DNA from: Convolutriloba macropyga
Lineage: Eukaryota
NCBI RefSeq assembly: GCF_964194025.1
Contig: NC_134478.1
Location: 34,038,001-34,102,000, forward strand
Length of the DNA stretch: 64,000 nt
Direction of reading: 5' to 3'
Translations under genes and position numbers: made by a program
Shown here: piece by piece, positions 25,450 through 39,050 of the stretch
Layout of the letters: the number at the start of each line of letters is the position of its first letter
How positions within the stretch are numbered: the stretch's first letter is position 1
Notes under the pieces: model-generated
Databases searched by the model: none
Told to the model about the DNA's origin: nothing
What the model saw: only the letters and a program-made list of their open reading frames with translations

Positions 25450-28347
25450 AGAATTCGGGTATGTTTCCCGGGGCTTCAATTTGTGCCCATTAGTCAGTCC
25501 AGTTTCAAATGTCAATTTTTTTCAAATTGTTACAATTGTCACATCTGCAAATTATACGCCAAGAGCCTTTGTTTGTCAGGCTTAAATGATTTGTGAAAAA
25601 GTGCCAGTATGCTTCGGTGATAGTGTGTTTGTTTATGTTGCCTCCAAATTTTTGAATATTTCTATTTACAACATTGTACAGTTGTTTCGTTCGGTGGAAG
25701 AAGTTTTCATCAGATTTGACTAGTCGGTTATTTTCGATTTTCAGTTCACCTCTACAGTGTTGCCTTGTCCTCTCGTCTTCAAGGGTTTTAAAAATTGTCG
25801 GAATGTCAAATTCATTACGTGAAATAGCTAGGAAGAGAAAAAGATCATGCAGTTCAACGTAGTGACAGAGTGGGAGGAGTTTTGGGCTAATGAGACGTTC
25901 TTTGTAACTTTGAAGTGAGTTTCCTAGAATCCATTTAGTAGCCATGATCTGCACTTTTTCAATATTGTACATGTTGGTGCGGTTTGGCAACCATGCTTGT
26001 GAGCAGTACGTCAAAATGGGAACAATATAACCAGTATAGCAGTTCATTTTGGTTGACGTTGAGCTGATTGTTGACATATTTCGTTTTATTTGGAAAAAAG
26101 CACTGGTCGCTTTTTTTACTCTCTGGTCGCATTTGCCTTGCCATGAGAGAATTGATGTTATTATTAAACCAAAGTCTTTTTGGGATTCAGTTGGTTTTAC
26201 TTCCTGGCCACACATAGATGTCGTGAGATTACCTCTAACATTTAACAACTTGCATTTGTTTGCATTTAACTCCATTCCATTCTTTCGGCACCAGTCTTTA
26301 ATATTTTTTTGCGCTTCTGTCCAGTTTTACCTGATCATGAACTATGAAATTATAGTCGTCTGGAAATTCAAAACCTTCAATATTGGGGTTTGCATCTAGC
26401 AAGTCATTTAAAAAAAATTAAGAACAGTAGTGGTCTAAGTATGGAACTTTGTGGGACTCTACTTGTTACGTTCTCCAAACTTGAACAACAATTTCCAATT
26501 TTGATAAATTGTTTTCTATCTTGAAATTATGAGTGCAAGAGTAAAAATATATTCCCTCCTACATCAAAACTTTCGAGTTTACTAATGAGAAGGTGATGTG
26601 GTACTTTAACAAAAGCTTTTGAAAAATCTAAGTAGAGGATACTAATGTCGTCCGACGAAATTGTATCAAATTTGCTATATACTGTGTCGAGAAACAGTAG
26701 AAGTTGAGTGGTTTCCGATCTATTCTTTCGAAAGCCGAATTGATTTTCGTTTAAACTGTGACCACAATGATAATATATTTCGTCAAAAATTACTTTTTCA
26801 AAAATTTTGGACACACAACAGAGTAAACTAATGGGTCTGTAGCAATTCACTTCTGCTTTGCTTCCCTCCTTATAGATGGGAGTTATTTGACTTTTTTTCC
26901 AGATAGAAGGGAATTTTCCTTTATTGGACATTGTTTGAAAAAGAAGGACGAGTGACTTGCTCAAAGTTGCTGAGCAAAATTTAAAAATTATGTTACCAAA
27001 GTTATCGGGTCCGTTTGACTTGTTGAGTTGTAGTTTCCTTGATATATCTGTTATCAGTTTTTCTGTTATATGCAGAGAACTAAGTTTTCTCCTCAAGACT
27101 GCTGGTTTGTAATCAACTTTGTTACTGTACACTTTTTGGAAGAATGAGTTAAAAAATTCTGCTTTGTGTTGATCGGTTCTAGCGCTCGTGTTTGCATAGT
27201 TTACAATGGGTGGTATGGAAGGACTCTTTCTTATTGCTCGGAGATGTTTCTGTATATTACTGAACCGTCGCCCTGCGAAAACTTCGGATTCAAAATTAGA
27301 CTGATCTTTCTCCATTTCAATTGATATTTTTTTCAAGTTTCTTTATTTTGAGGCTCCTGCTCAGGTTCATTACCTGCCATCATTTCTTTTTAGTTTCCAG
27401 TTTCTTGATTAGATGGGATGCTGATGGTGTTACCCACGGGGGAAGTGAGGCTCGATGCCGCGTGACTTTAGGAATGTTTGCTTCGAGGATCTTGTTTATC
27501 CATTTGTACCATTTTTGAACCAGGACGTTCACATTGCTGTAGCAGTACGGATCAAAAAGTGATTTCATTATTTGCTCATTTAGGTGCTCCCAGTTTGCTC
27601 TTTTGAAAGCAAATTTGGCATCTCTAGCAGATGCGCGGGGATGGATGAACGTGCTCAAGTAAGTGCAGATTGGGATGTGATCAGAGCAAGGTTTTTGATT
27701 TGTGGAGTATTTAGAAGAAAGATTATTGTCTAAGTCGCAGCTTATAATTGGGTCGAGGGTGTTGACTAGGACTACATCAAGTTGTCTCTTAGCAATGTTT
27801 GAAAAATTTAATTCAAACAACTTTTCAATGAATGCATTCTCATAATCATCACTTGAGCTCATTGATTCCCAGTCAGTTTTGGAAAAATTTATGTCTGTAT
27901 CAAGTTTTCACATATCTGATTTGAGCGTGTTAATTCAATTTGATAAAGTAGGTTTGATAGTTGTGCAGATGACCATAGGAATGGACTTCCAGTGGGTGGA
28001 TTGTAGACACAGCAGATTAGTATAGGTTTTGGTTTAGTGTAGATTTTGAATGCAACATAATCGTTATGTACTATGCTTAGTTTTAATTGCTCATGTTCAA
28101 TCGAATTTCGGATTCCTGTTAGAACACCGCCATGTTTAGAAGTGAACATATCTGGGTCCCTATTGTTTCTATATATGCTGTAATTTGCCAAGAACAAGGC
28201 AGTATTTGGCACATGAGGTGTGAGCCAAGTTTCTGTCAGACAAAGGAGATGGTATTTTAAAGTTGCGATTGCGTTTGAGAATACCATTCTTCTTTCTAGG
28301 CTTAGAAGGCTTTTGACGTTAAAGGTTAGCATTTTGACTGAGGTTAG

Positions 28348-29230
28348 TCAAGACCCATCTTCATCTTCTGAGGAAGAGTCTTCAGAGTTTGTGTTGGAGT
28401 CGGTGTTGGTCACCCATGCACCATTTATCTTTACTTCGACTGTTAGATTTCGAATACGAATTTCTTTGGGATCAAATTTATTTTCGTCTATTAGTTTTTG
28501 GCGGGTTTTCAGGCATTCGTTTTCTTCTTTAGCATCGACTGGTGACAACTCAGGGCTCACGAAGACTTGCTTGTTGAAATCCTTTAAGCGATAAGCAGAT
28601 TTCAGTACTAGGTCTTTGCTGATTGGGTTTTCTAGATGTATCAGAAGGGTGCGTGGGACTGTCTTCCAATGCGGTGAATTTTGCTAAGTTTCTTGTTTTC
28701 GATGTTGAGAAAGTCGAGCATCTCTTCTACAGCCGCCAACTCAGCGTGAATTCGTTCATCAGCCGATTTTGACGTGAGCTCTGGTACTCCACGGACGCGA
28801 ATACCAAGTCCGTCATTTGATTTTGTACTATAAAATGCTGTTTTAATCACACCTTTTGTTACATTTCCAAGGGACTGGGCGTAACTTTTTGGCTTCTTCA
28901 GTTCACTGAGGTCAAGTTTTACGGTCTCTATCATTTGGTTTGATTTTTCGATACTTTGTGCAAACATTTTCATTTGTTCCTTGATTTCAATGAGTTGATC
29001 ATCAATTTTAGAGGTTTTTTGTCGATGGCATTGTCTTTGTTATCTTTGCAGTAATTGCAGATGTGAAGGAGATTTTTATCTAATTTGATCAGGACGTCAA
29101 TGTCGGTCTTATCGAAACCCGTGCATTTAGAAGTCATATGCATAACTTTGTGGCAAAATAAGCACGTGAATTTATGCTTTTTCAGTTTCTCATTGCAGGA
29201 ATTACAAAATTGTGATTCCCTGGGTGACAT
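28348..29230 (-). pseudogene. LINE ORF1 with N-terminal PHD finger (frameshifted)
   Basis: CNSC..CLFC..H..C..CNYC followed by coiled-coil and IRVRGVPE segment. Confidence 0.8.
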
Positions 29231-29314
29231 TTTGGGTAAGCACTGTATAAATTTTTTGGGGTTTGCAGTGAACTCAGTAAAATAGATGGACAACGCATAT
29301 TTTTTTAATGTACT

Positions 29315-29750
29315 GCCTATGGGACCAATACTGGCACCGCCGGCAGACAGCAACTATAAATTTACAAAGTATACAAACTGCTAGTGCCTATGGAACCAAT
29401 TCTGGCACCGACGACAACGAAAAGAGGAAGTGTAATGAAGAATGAAAAACCAAAAGTAAAGGAGCCTATGGAACCAATGCTGGCACCGACGGCACGCTCA
29501 GCAAATGATTTTATTTAATAAGTAGCCTATGGAACTAATACTGGCACCGACGGCTTTAGTAGGTGAAACGAGTAGTTGTCTATGGAACCAATACTGGCAC
29601 CGACGACAAAGGAAAGGAAAGGATGAAGGTGATGGAGAATGAAAACCAAGAGTTAAGGAGCCTATGGAACCAATGCTGGCACCGACGGCAAGCTTAACAA
29701 ATGATTTTATTTAATAAGTAGCCTATGGAACCAACACTGGCACCGACGGC
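29315..29750. repeat. Seven copies of a 30-nt motif GCCTATGGAACCAATRCTGGCACCGACGRC with variable spacers
   Basis: Copies at 29315, 29386, 29464, 29525, 29578, 29660, 29721; degenerate eighth copy near 30195. Confidence 0.92.
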
Positions 29751-30131
29751 TTAAGTAGATAAAAAAAACGTTACCTTGAATTTGTTAGTAGTTTGTGTCC
29801 GCTTTTTGTTATCAGAGGAATCTCCCCGATTCGGTACATACACTTTTTTATTTGCAAGCGGAACTAGCTCGTTTGCTAGATTATTGAGTTCCTCGGCTAC
29901 TTCGTGAGGTTCTTGGGTTGACGGTAAATCGCCTTTGAATAGGTCGTTGCCGCCAATGAAGATAACTATTCGGTCGTAGGATTGGGCTGGTGGGAAAAAC
30001 TCTGAAAGGTGGCGAATTTGAGCACCGGGTAGTGACAAAATATTGAAGTTTGGGAAGTTGAGATGTTTTATTTGGGAGTCTCCGAGAATTATGTTTTTTG
30101 AGGCCGAACTCTTGAAGACGTGATAGCGCAT
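29751..30131 (-). CDS. SGNH/GDSL esterase-like ORF (C-terminally truncated)
   Basis: Block I IILGDSQ, block II SLPGA, block III IFIGGNDL; no DxxH block visible. Confidence 0.75.
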   Translation of the reverse strand: MRYHVFKSSASKNIILGDSQIKHLNFPNFNILSLPGAQIRHLSEFFPPAQSYDRIVIFIGGNDLFKGDLPSTQEPHEVAEELNNLANELVPLANKKVYVPNRGDSSDNKKRTQTTNKFKVTFFLST

Positions 30132-30814
30132 CTGGGGATATACAGCAACAAAAAGTGCCCGTCAAGCTAGGAACGACGGGTCTTTGGAATATAAACCTGT
30201 GCAACCAATGCTGGCACCAGCGGATATGTTTTTTTTTCAAGTCCCTAGCTCAATTTGATCTATTTAATAAGCTTATTAAGTTTAAGTTTAGCACCTCGAT
30301 AGGAGTGTACACAACCCTGTACTTGACCCTCGTCTATATATTTGGTACGAGAAGTACCCAAGACCAAGTCCGAGCAGCTGGAGGGAAGAGGGTTGGCATC
30401 AAAACGTCCCATTCACGGAGCCTGCTAACATTCAAAACACAAGAAATTGCTCTAAAAATGAAATCAGTTAGAATGGTACGACCTGATGTGATGAGTCGGG
30501 GTGGAAGATTGGTTCACTCGCCTACGGCTGGGGTGGCGAGGCTTGGAAAGGTGTAGGTTTGATTCAGCCCAGCGCGCATACGTATTTGAAAATACAGCGG
30601 AGGTAAATTTGTTCGGGGGTTCTATTTAATAAGTTTATCACAACAATTAGGCTATTTAATAAGTTTATCGCAACAATTAAGCTACAATGAGTTGGAACCC
30701 TATACCTGGCGAATTCTCTGTCTCTGTGGCTCCTGTAACCAAGAAAATTGTGCCGGCTGAAAACTAAAGGTGGATTTTCACCCCTGGTCTCGTCCTAAAG
30801 CCTATCTACTACAT

Positions 30815-30940
30815 TGAAATGTTGAGATAAAGCCTTAAATACGAGATAAATACGAAGATTTGGAATGTTGAGATGAATCCTTAAATACAAGGATGTTCTA
30901 AAATTGAAATGTTGAGATTAATCCTCAAATACGAGAATAT
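30815..30940. repeat. Three ~44-bp tandem repeats (TTGAAATGTTGAGAT...AAATAC)
   Basis: Copies near 30815, 30861 and 30904. Confidence 0.7.
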
Positions 30941-32261
30941 GGAAGCTTCTCATAATTGCTGTTTTAGATTGCAACATGGAGGCGGGAAAGCCTGACAGTG
31001 CAGATATTATATCCGAGACCTCGATTTTATGTGTTATGCATTTGTCATTTGGTGAAAGCTTGTGCGAATTGAAAGGCAGAAGCTGACGTACTGGAGGAGT
31101 GACTCACTGTTGTTCGTCTTTAATTGATTCTATATTTTGTTTATCTGTTGAAATGTCTCCAATTGTTGAGGGTCGGAACGGTTACTCATTAGACGCAAAT
31201 GCCTTGCCCCATCTCAGCGTCAGAGGCAATGAAGGGTTCTTTCTTTATTCAACATCTGCTTTGCCCGAGCAACAATTGGCACCACCTATTCATCTGGACA
31301 GGTAGTAAAGAGCTTTATCAACATTTTTTCAAGCTGACTATTAATCAAACATTTGTTGGGTCTTTCCCATTATAGCTCGTAGCCCCCCCCAGCTTAGTGG
31401 TCAGGAAACCTATACCCCCCAACATGGTAATTATACCATAATGGAGGGGGGCTATAATGGGAAAAACCCCATTTGTTAACCATTGTATTATATAAAAGTA
31501 CGATTTTGATAAACAATTTACTTTTCAAGAATTGTGGCATATTGTCTCGAGTACAAATATAAAGTTTTTAGATTGCAGGTTTTTTAGATTAAAAACTTGA
31601 TAACAGCTGCAATTTAGCAGCTTTGGGAGACATATGTTATTTTTTGCTTATGATATTATTTTGTTTTGTCAATATTAAAACACCAGTTTCATCTTTTATG
31701 AGGCTATGCAAACGATGGCAAATGCAAGTAGGCCAGGCAAAATCTCTTTCACTTGAGCTTTTGAAAACAGATAATTTGACGTTGAAAGACTGTCCCTGCT
31801 CAATGCAATGATGTTGTCGTGAGTCTTAAGTATTGTCACGTTGTCAATTTGTAGGTCTATAATGCCCGGAAACAGGCCTGAACAATATTAAAAGCAAAAT
31901 TATTCTCTTTAGGTGCCTCGTCTCATTGTTGGTAATGTGTCTCACGGGGTTTATATTGTACACTAATCTGTCCCTTTTGGTTGTTATGGGGTCCCGTAGT
32001 TTCCCATGATGGATCATCGTAATTTAAACTCTGTAATCTAAACTGCTCGCAAAAACATCAATAGATCATGGTAAAATCGAAGATATGATGGAGGTAGTGC
32101 ATTCATTCATTATTAATTGCTCTTGAACGAAGTTCATAGCAATTATTGTAAACGTGTTGGTCTTTTTTATGCAAATTTTTCCCTTGACCATTTTGCGCTT
32201 TTCTTCTAGAACATTCTTTGACTTCTCAAGTGACTTTTTCCAGCTTTCATTCTTCATTTTT

Positions 32262-35200
32262 GAGAGAGAGAGAGAGAGAAAGACTTAATTCTCAAAGAGA
32301 AACCAAAAGTATTAGCATATGCTCTTCATAACAACACAATTTGAACAAGTACATACAACATAATAGGTACAGATTAAGTCAACGCAAAACGTTTTTTTAA
32401 TCAAGAAATCTTTGACAGCATTTATGTCACTCTTTCTGAATCCGGTAATAATCTTATGACGAAAGAGATAATTAGCCATAACTGTACTCCGTGAGAAGAA
32501 TGATTTTGAGTTGCTAAATTTGGGGTCAATTACAAATAAGCTGGAGGAGCAGACACGTTTTTCACTTTTGTTAGCATTGAAGGTGATAAATTGATCGTAG
32601 TCAAGATTGTATTTATTGTCCATGAGTTGTGCTAGAAAAACAAAGGTCCGGAATTCGATAAGATGACACATCGGTAGAATGGAATGCTTTTTGAGTAGTG
32701 ATTGATATGGCGTTTTTGTCCCAAAAATCCATTTGAAGCATTGCATTTGAAACTTTTCCATTGATTTCAGACGCGTTATGTCAGGAGACCAAGATCGTAT
32801 TCCATAGAGAAGTACAGATAACACTAAGGATGAATACAGTTCATACTTCTTCCATGACGGCGTTTGCCATGGAATTTTCTGTTTCAAAGCGTGAAAGCTT
32901 CTCGTAGCATTATTCAACTTTGTTAACACGTGCTCTGTCCATTTGAGGTTATTGCTAACGATTATTCCAAGATCCTTTATATGAGCAACATTATCTAAGA
33001 GATGGCGATTCATTTCAACCGAGGAAGACCCTTTCAAATTAAGACACTTTGTTTTATCGAGATTAGCGATCATTCCGTTTGCAATGTTCCAGTTGTAGAG
33101 CCGCGAAAGATCATTATGAAAATTCAAAGACGTGAAAAGGAGTTTAAGGTCATCTGCAAACATCCAGGCTAGACAGTCTAAAAAAATACTTGGAAGGTCA
33201 TTAATAAAGATGAGAAACAAAAACGGGCCAAGTACGGAACCTTGTGGTACTCCACTAGTGACCAAATTCGGATCAGAAAAATAACCATCCAGATTAACCA
33301 TCCAGTTTGCCTATTAGAATTTCATGCGGAACTTTGTCAAAGGCCTTTTGATAGTCCAAGTAAATCGTAAAAAGGGTATGAGATTTATTGCTGTACAATG
33401 TCTCCAAATAGTCGATTAATTGCAGAACTGCATTTTTTCGTGACTGAAAGCCGAACTGTTTGGGATGGATCTGGTGTTTAGATTATTCATAAAGATAATT
33501 GAAAAGTAAGCGTTCAAAAATCAAAGAGACTATTGGCAGTAAACTGATAGGGCGGTAGTTTTCGATGTTGGATTTGGAAAGCTTTTTGTGCAAGGGCCTA
33601 ACATAGGCTACTTTCCAATTAGCGGGAAAAGATTGAGATTCAGCAATTGAGTAAAAGAGATAAGATAGTAAATCTGCAAACAGATGTGGAGTTAGTTTAA
33701 GGAGAGAACACGGGAAGAAATCATTCGTTAGGTAAGTTGATGTTTTTGTTTTCATTATCTCATCTAAGATCAAATCAGGTCTTATGGACGAACTGAAAAA
33801 CTTAAGTCTGATTGACTCGGCTGGAGCAAGTGGATTGCGGACATATGAGCTTGCGTTGAAGTTTTTTTCAAAGAAATTGTTGAAGCAGTTTGCGATAGCT
33901 ATAGGATCTTCAAGCGCTTAGTTTTTATAGAACATTTGTTTGGGATAAGATGAAGTTTTCAGGCTACGTAGTAAAGCAAAACAATCGGGTAGACATGTGG
34001 TCATTGAACCGTTAATAAAGCAAATCTTATCCATTTCGGAAAACGCTTCAAACTCAGAGGCTAGTCGAGATAGTTGAGATCGATTGCTTTTCGTTGGTTC
34101 CTGGCAGCTCGTTTACGCGCCGTATTCAATTGGTTTAAAGTGTGCATAGTTAACGAGCTATAATAGAATGGATTTGCTTTGCGTTTTGATCGCTTACGCT
34201 GGAAGTTAGTTCGGATGCTGTTCCACAGAAAATCATAGAAAGTTGTTACGTCGTTGCTGGTCAACGAGGCATCAAAAATGAAATAAGTCCAAGATTCAAC
34301 AAAATTTATTGAGATTTGTTGCCTGATTAAAGCAGTATTGCGTCGGTAAGATAGGGTTAGTAAGTAAAATTCTGGTGTCAACCAAAACTTCGATTGGAAA
34401 GTGATCGCTAATCAGGAGATCCCTGCGAACTTGGCAGCTAGTAGAGGCTGCCGCTGAGCCTGCATCGATTAAAACATTATCAAGAGTGCCTCCTCTATGA
34501 TGTGTAGGAGTGTCATGGATGAGTGGTTCCAGGGAGTGACTTATTAGGATATTTAGAATTTCTTGTTCTTGATGGCTAGGGCTAGTCATAAGCTTCCAGT
34601 TGCAAGCGGGTAGATTGAAGTCACCAAGAAGAAATGGGGATACACTGAACTTCTCTTTTGGATACCTATGATTCATGTTTTTGAGGCAGCTATCAATAAA
34701 TAATTCAAGTTGCTCAGGCGGTACTCTGTATTTGCTTGAGGACGGTGGTAGATATACGCACATGAAAACAAGAGCTTCAGACGAATTGTCTACCGCGAAG
34801 GCAGTTCCAAAGTCATTTTTGAGAAAGTTAAGTTGTCGTGTTACTAAGTCACTTGAAGTTTTACGTAGAACAGCAACTCCACCATGTTGACCCTTGAGTC
34901 TGTCAACTCTCGATACTAGCTCATACTGACCAAAAAGGTTGAAGTTATTACTCATTGTGGAGGAATCGAGCCAGGTTTCTGTCAGAATTGCCATTTCTAT
35001 TTCGTTGAGTGTGAGGTAATTCAGTAAAGTTGATTGTTTTTTTTTCCATAGAGTTAATTGATTGAACATTAAGGAGTAGTATGCGTGACCTCAAGGATTG
35101 TCATTCGTTTGGCACAGTTGTGGTTACCGAATTTGGCGATGATTTGTGTTTCTCAGACAAGAGATATAGGTCGTCCAATTCAGCAGAGTCAATCTGTATG

Positions 35201-35990
35201 CCGTTATGAAATAACTTAAGATCTCTGAGTCTGAGCAAGTCCCGATCTATTCCAAGCTGAATCAATTCAAATCGTTTGTGAAGCAGATCTTTTTCTATGA
35301 GGCGATCTTTCCAGCAGAGTTTTGGTTTAGCAAAAACTTTAGTGCCCTTAAGTAAGTGACAGTTGGATAAAGTTATACGGCGATCGTAGCTCGAGGCTAG
35401 CTGGATTTCCACTGGGCGAGGCCTAGCTGATGCCTCCGGTTTGCGTTTGCCAAGGCGGACAATGTTCTTTTTTTTCGGGAACAATTTTGAGCTTATTGCA
35501 TAAAGTTTGTACATTAGAATCATCTTGGGAGGACGTGGTTTCGGCAATGTTGAATAGAACAATAGTCTCTTCAGCTTTGATGTCATAATCGCGCTCATCG
35601 AGGGTTCTTTTGACGGCATCGGCATAGTTGGTGTGTTGACTGGAGCTCAGGCCTTGATGATTCAGGGCACCCGGTTCAATATTCACAAGTTTTCTTTCAA
35701 TGGATTTGACTGCTTGAGCAGTTTCTGAGATGATTCCACTAGATGTTTCCAATTTATTTTTACAGTCATTCAATTGCGACAGTGTTTCACGAAGCAAACA
35801 TTCCAGGGTACTCTTTTTAGCTTTTGATGTGAAATTCGATAATTCATTTGGGGCAGCGGCTAGGAGTTCGCTAATTGTGGGGTAATAGTCTGTACTAGAG
35901 GTTAAGCGGTTACGGTGTTCAGTCATTTTTATAGGGGTATAAAACCTGAGCCTGTGGCACCTACTAGAGGAGACCTTTGAGTGATCTCTA
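32262..35990 (-). mobile_element. Second CR1/L2-type LINE with (TC)n tail
   Basis: ORF1 pieces 35926-35101; APE LTETWL, YLPP, GDFN, SDH; [23 protein letters not shown]; (GA)n at 32262-32279. The 5' end is approximate. Confidence 0.87.
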
Positions 35991-36054
35991 TTGCTCTCAC
36001 TCCGAAGTAAAGCTTGTTGCTAATATAAACTCGGTTGCAGCGAAGAACAATGAT

Positions 36055-36128
36055 GGGCCAAGTAGCACAGTTGGTAGTGCATATGTTTATGAAGCGGGAG
36101 GGCAATGGTTCGAATCACGATGGGGTTA
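36055..36128 (+). pseudogene. Degenerate tRNA-like sequence (tRNA pseudogene or SINE head)
   Basis: A box TAGCACAGTTGG and B box GGTTCGAATC at tRNA spacing; acceptor and anticodon stems pair poorly. Confidence 0.5.
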
Positions 36129-37959
36129 AATGTTTTCCACCCGCCCGTCGTTCGAGAGCAATTCTTCCGACATTAGTCGGTTTATGTTTGTCAAATGATT
36201 TGAGCAATAAGTCATCATTTAGCAATAGCTGTTGGTCATTTGAGATGAGAAATATCTTCGAGCTTCTTATTAAGTTCGAAAGGCCATTTTACTATGGGAT
36301 TGAGAAAAACTCAGGTGGGATTTAAGACGAGATGTAACTGTTGTTTGTGTATTGCGATTTCGAAGCTATTCTATCCTATCTATGATGTTACATTGAAGGG
36401 TTCTATGTAACAAGGAGGCTAGGTAATAAGAAGCATATAATGTTCTGACCGCATCTCATCACATTTTTTCAAAAGAAAACAGAAGTTGATCTTTCGAAAC
36501 AGAAGAAGGATTATTTCGTAGTCTGTAAACGGATTAGCTCCTGAGCAGTAAAAACATTAATTAAATTTTTAGTGGCCACGAAGTGATAGCAAGGTTATAT
36601 TATTTGTCTGATCTCGGTTTCTCTTAAATCCAAATGGTTTGGATAATACTGGGGTGCTTCTTTTTAAAATTTTTTCGAAGATTTGTGAGAAGTAAAAAAA
36701 TTCGAGCAGTGATTTCTGGACGTTTGAGTAGTAAAAACCCTAAAAGCTAATATTTTATAAGGTTGAGTTTTTTAAAACTATTTCTAAAGTGCAGTGAGAA
36801 ATAAGTTTGTGCGATTTTTTGCTGTTTAAGCAAAAATTTAAGCGGCAATTTAACTTCTGTTTTCGCTCTTTTCTCATCCTCATGTCCTTCACGAATGCTA
36901 TTTAGTGGGAATATATGTGATGTAGTGGTTCGTAATTATTACTTTTTGTGCCTTCAAAGGGAAGCTCATGGTTTTTAAGATTTTGCCACTATTTGTTTTC
37001 ATAAAAGAATAAGCGAATCTTTAGAATTTAACGGTTTATGTTGTTGTTTTTGAAAGTTTAACTCTTAGTTTTAAAATTGACAGGTCATATTTTTGAGCAA
37101 TAAATGATTTATTTTAGGTCTTTTAATTGATAGCAACATTTATTACTTCTCCACTTGTTTTCACTAATTTTTTTGGTTTTGTGGGTTTTATCAGTACTTG
37201 TCCTTTTTTGTCATGTTGCGTAGTCAAACTAATGATTGATCTTATGGCTTCCATTAATGTATAAAAGAAATATTTTAGATGTTTTAGATAAACATATGAT
37301 AGATAATGGTTTTAATGACTCATGCTTTTTGTATTAATAAAATAAATAATTGTGTTTCTTGCTGGTAATTGTAGTTATTTTTGATGAGCTGTCACTTAAT
37401 CTCATTAATGGCGGGTGTCATCGGGTCTCTGATGATGCGTACTTGGACCCATTAAAGTGTTTAGTTCTAGCTGTTGTTTTTCTTGACTCAGATCATCTTT
37501 ATTTAACAAAGTTTTGGAATTTTTGGGCTTTGCTCATCCTTGTTACAATTCAAAGAATTTGAATTGTATTGGTGCGCTGTTTTTTTTTTAAGATTTGTTC
37601 ACACATTTTTCAATGACTTTGATCTTTCGAAACGGGATAAACAGGTAAAGCCCAGCGGGCATTAAGATTCATTAGAGGCCCAAAGTGGGCTTTAGTAGTC
37701 CTTCAAGTGCGTATAGTAGTGCAGCTGCTGGGATGGCCTTAATTTAAGGTTAAAAGGTCATTTTTAGGAGTTTTGTTTGATTAGTCTTAGGTTGAAAATT
37801 TTAAAAGCTGATGAAGGCCTTTTGCGAGACAAAATTGCTTGTTATGACCATTTTATGAGCTATATGTCGTGGTACTACAAACACAAACACACAAAAGGAT
37901 ACTAATTTTTTAAATTTTTTTCAGGTTTTTTGAAAATTTTTGTCATTTTTTGAGTTTTT

Positions 37960-39050
37960 TAGCCCTAGGTGTCACAAAAACTCCTCTAGGGTTTGATAAA
38001 GGGTTGGGTGATAGGTTACTGCACAGTTTCTAGTGGTAATGGAACGGTTTTCAACTTTTTGACATCATGAATTTTAGCATTTTTTGACAAAAGTTGCAAA
38101 TTTTTATGTTTTTTGACATATTTATTGTCATCCTTCAAGTGGTTTGAGTCACAGGGGCAAGAAACCCATATTAGAGGTTGGATAAAAAGTTACTGAAAAA
38201 TTTTTAGTTGCCATGGAGTAGGTTTCAACTTTTGAATATCACAAATTTTAGCAATTTTTTTGAACAAATTTGCATTTTTCAGGTTTTTGAAAATTTTCCC
38301 ATTTTGTCAGTTTTTCCAGTTTCAGGGACCAGGCAATCTGTTTTAAATTTTGTTAGTAGGTAACTGCATAGTCTCTAGTAACAATGGAATGCTTTTTAAC
38401 TTTTTAATGTCTCGATTTTTAGCATTTTTTTGATAAGAACTGCAATTTTAATGTTTCCTAAAGTTTTTGTCAGTTTTTGATATTCGTCCACTCTCAAGTG
38501 CAAGAAAACCTATTCCGCGTTTTGATAAAAAGTTACTGCATGGTTTTTAGTTTCAATGGATTTGTTTTCAACAATTTAACCTTTCGACTTTTAGAAATTG
38601 TTTGATAGAATTTGCAATTTTTTTCAAGTTTTTTTTTTAAAACATGTATTTTATTTTTTTCTTGCCTCAATTGCCAGGTAAACGCATCCAGGGTTTGACA
38701 GTATTTTATTAAATAGTTGCTAGGGGGAAATTGAATGGCTTTCAACATTTTAATAGAAGGAATTTCTATTTTGAAGTTTGAAATTTTTTCTAAAAATTAT
38801 TGCCTATCGATCTATGAGCCAATGATTTTTTTAATGCTTGGAATTGGGTTACTGGATAGCCTCTAGAGACACAGAAATGATTCTGAAGATATTTATATCA
38901 CGATTTTCAGCAACAATTTCTTATAATTTGCAATTGATTTCTTTTTTCTTTTAATTTTTTAGTCATTTTCGAGTTAATCGATCTTCAAGGTCCAATGAAT
39001 ATTTTTCAGGTCTTGCAGATACAATACTGGACCGATTTCAGAAACAAAAA
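37960..39050. repeat. Degenerate ~172-bp tandem repeat
   Basis: GTTACTG...ATGG...TTTCAAC anchor at 38015, 38189, 38360 and 38532; weaker copies near 38848 and 39022. Confidence 0.65.

Larger units (their letters stand above)
25450..30240 (-). mobile_element. Near full-length CR1/L2-type LINE with frameshifted ORF1 and ORF2
   Basis: ORF2: TFNVKSL, LTETWL, SDH, GPDN, YRPISLL, QFGFR, YLDFSKAF, Cys-rich C-terminus. ORF1 has a PHD finger. The 5' boundary is approximate. Confidence 0.85.

Noticed and set aside
29315-29750. CRISPR array
   Set aside because: Eukaryotic LINE context, no cas genes, uneven spacer lengths, and spacers repeat as a triplet.
31365-31464. Inverted repeat TTTCCCATTATAGC / GCTATAATGGGAAA as a MITE
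   Set aside because: Single short occurrence with no clear TSD or second copy in the window.
36055-36128. Functional tRNA gene
   Set aside because: Acceptor and anticodon stems do not pair properly; kept only as tRNA-like.
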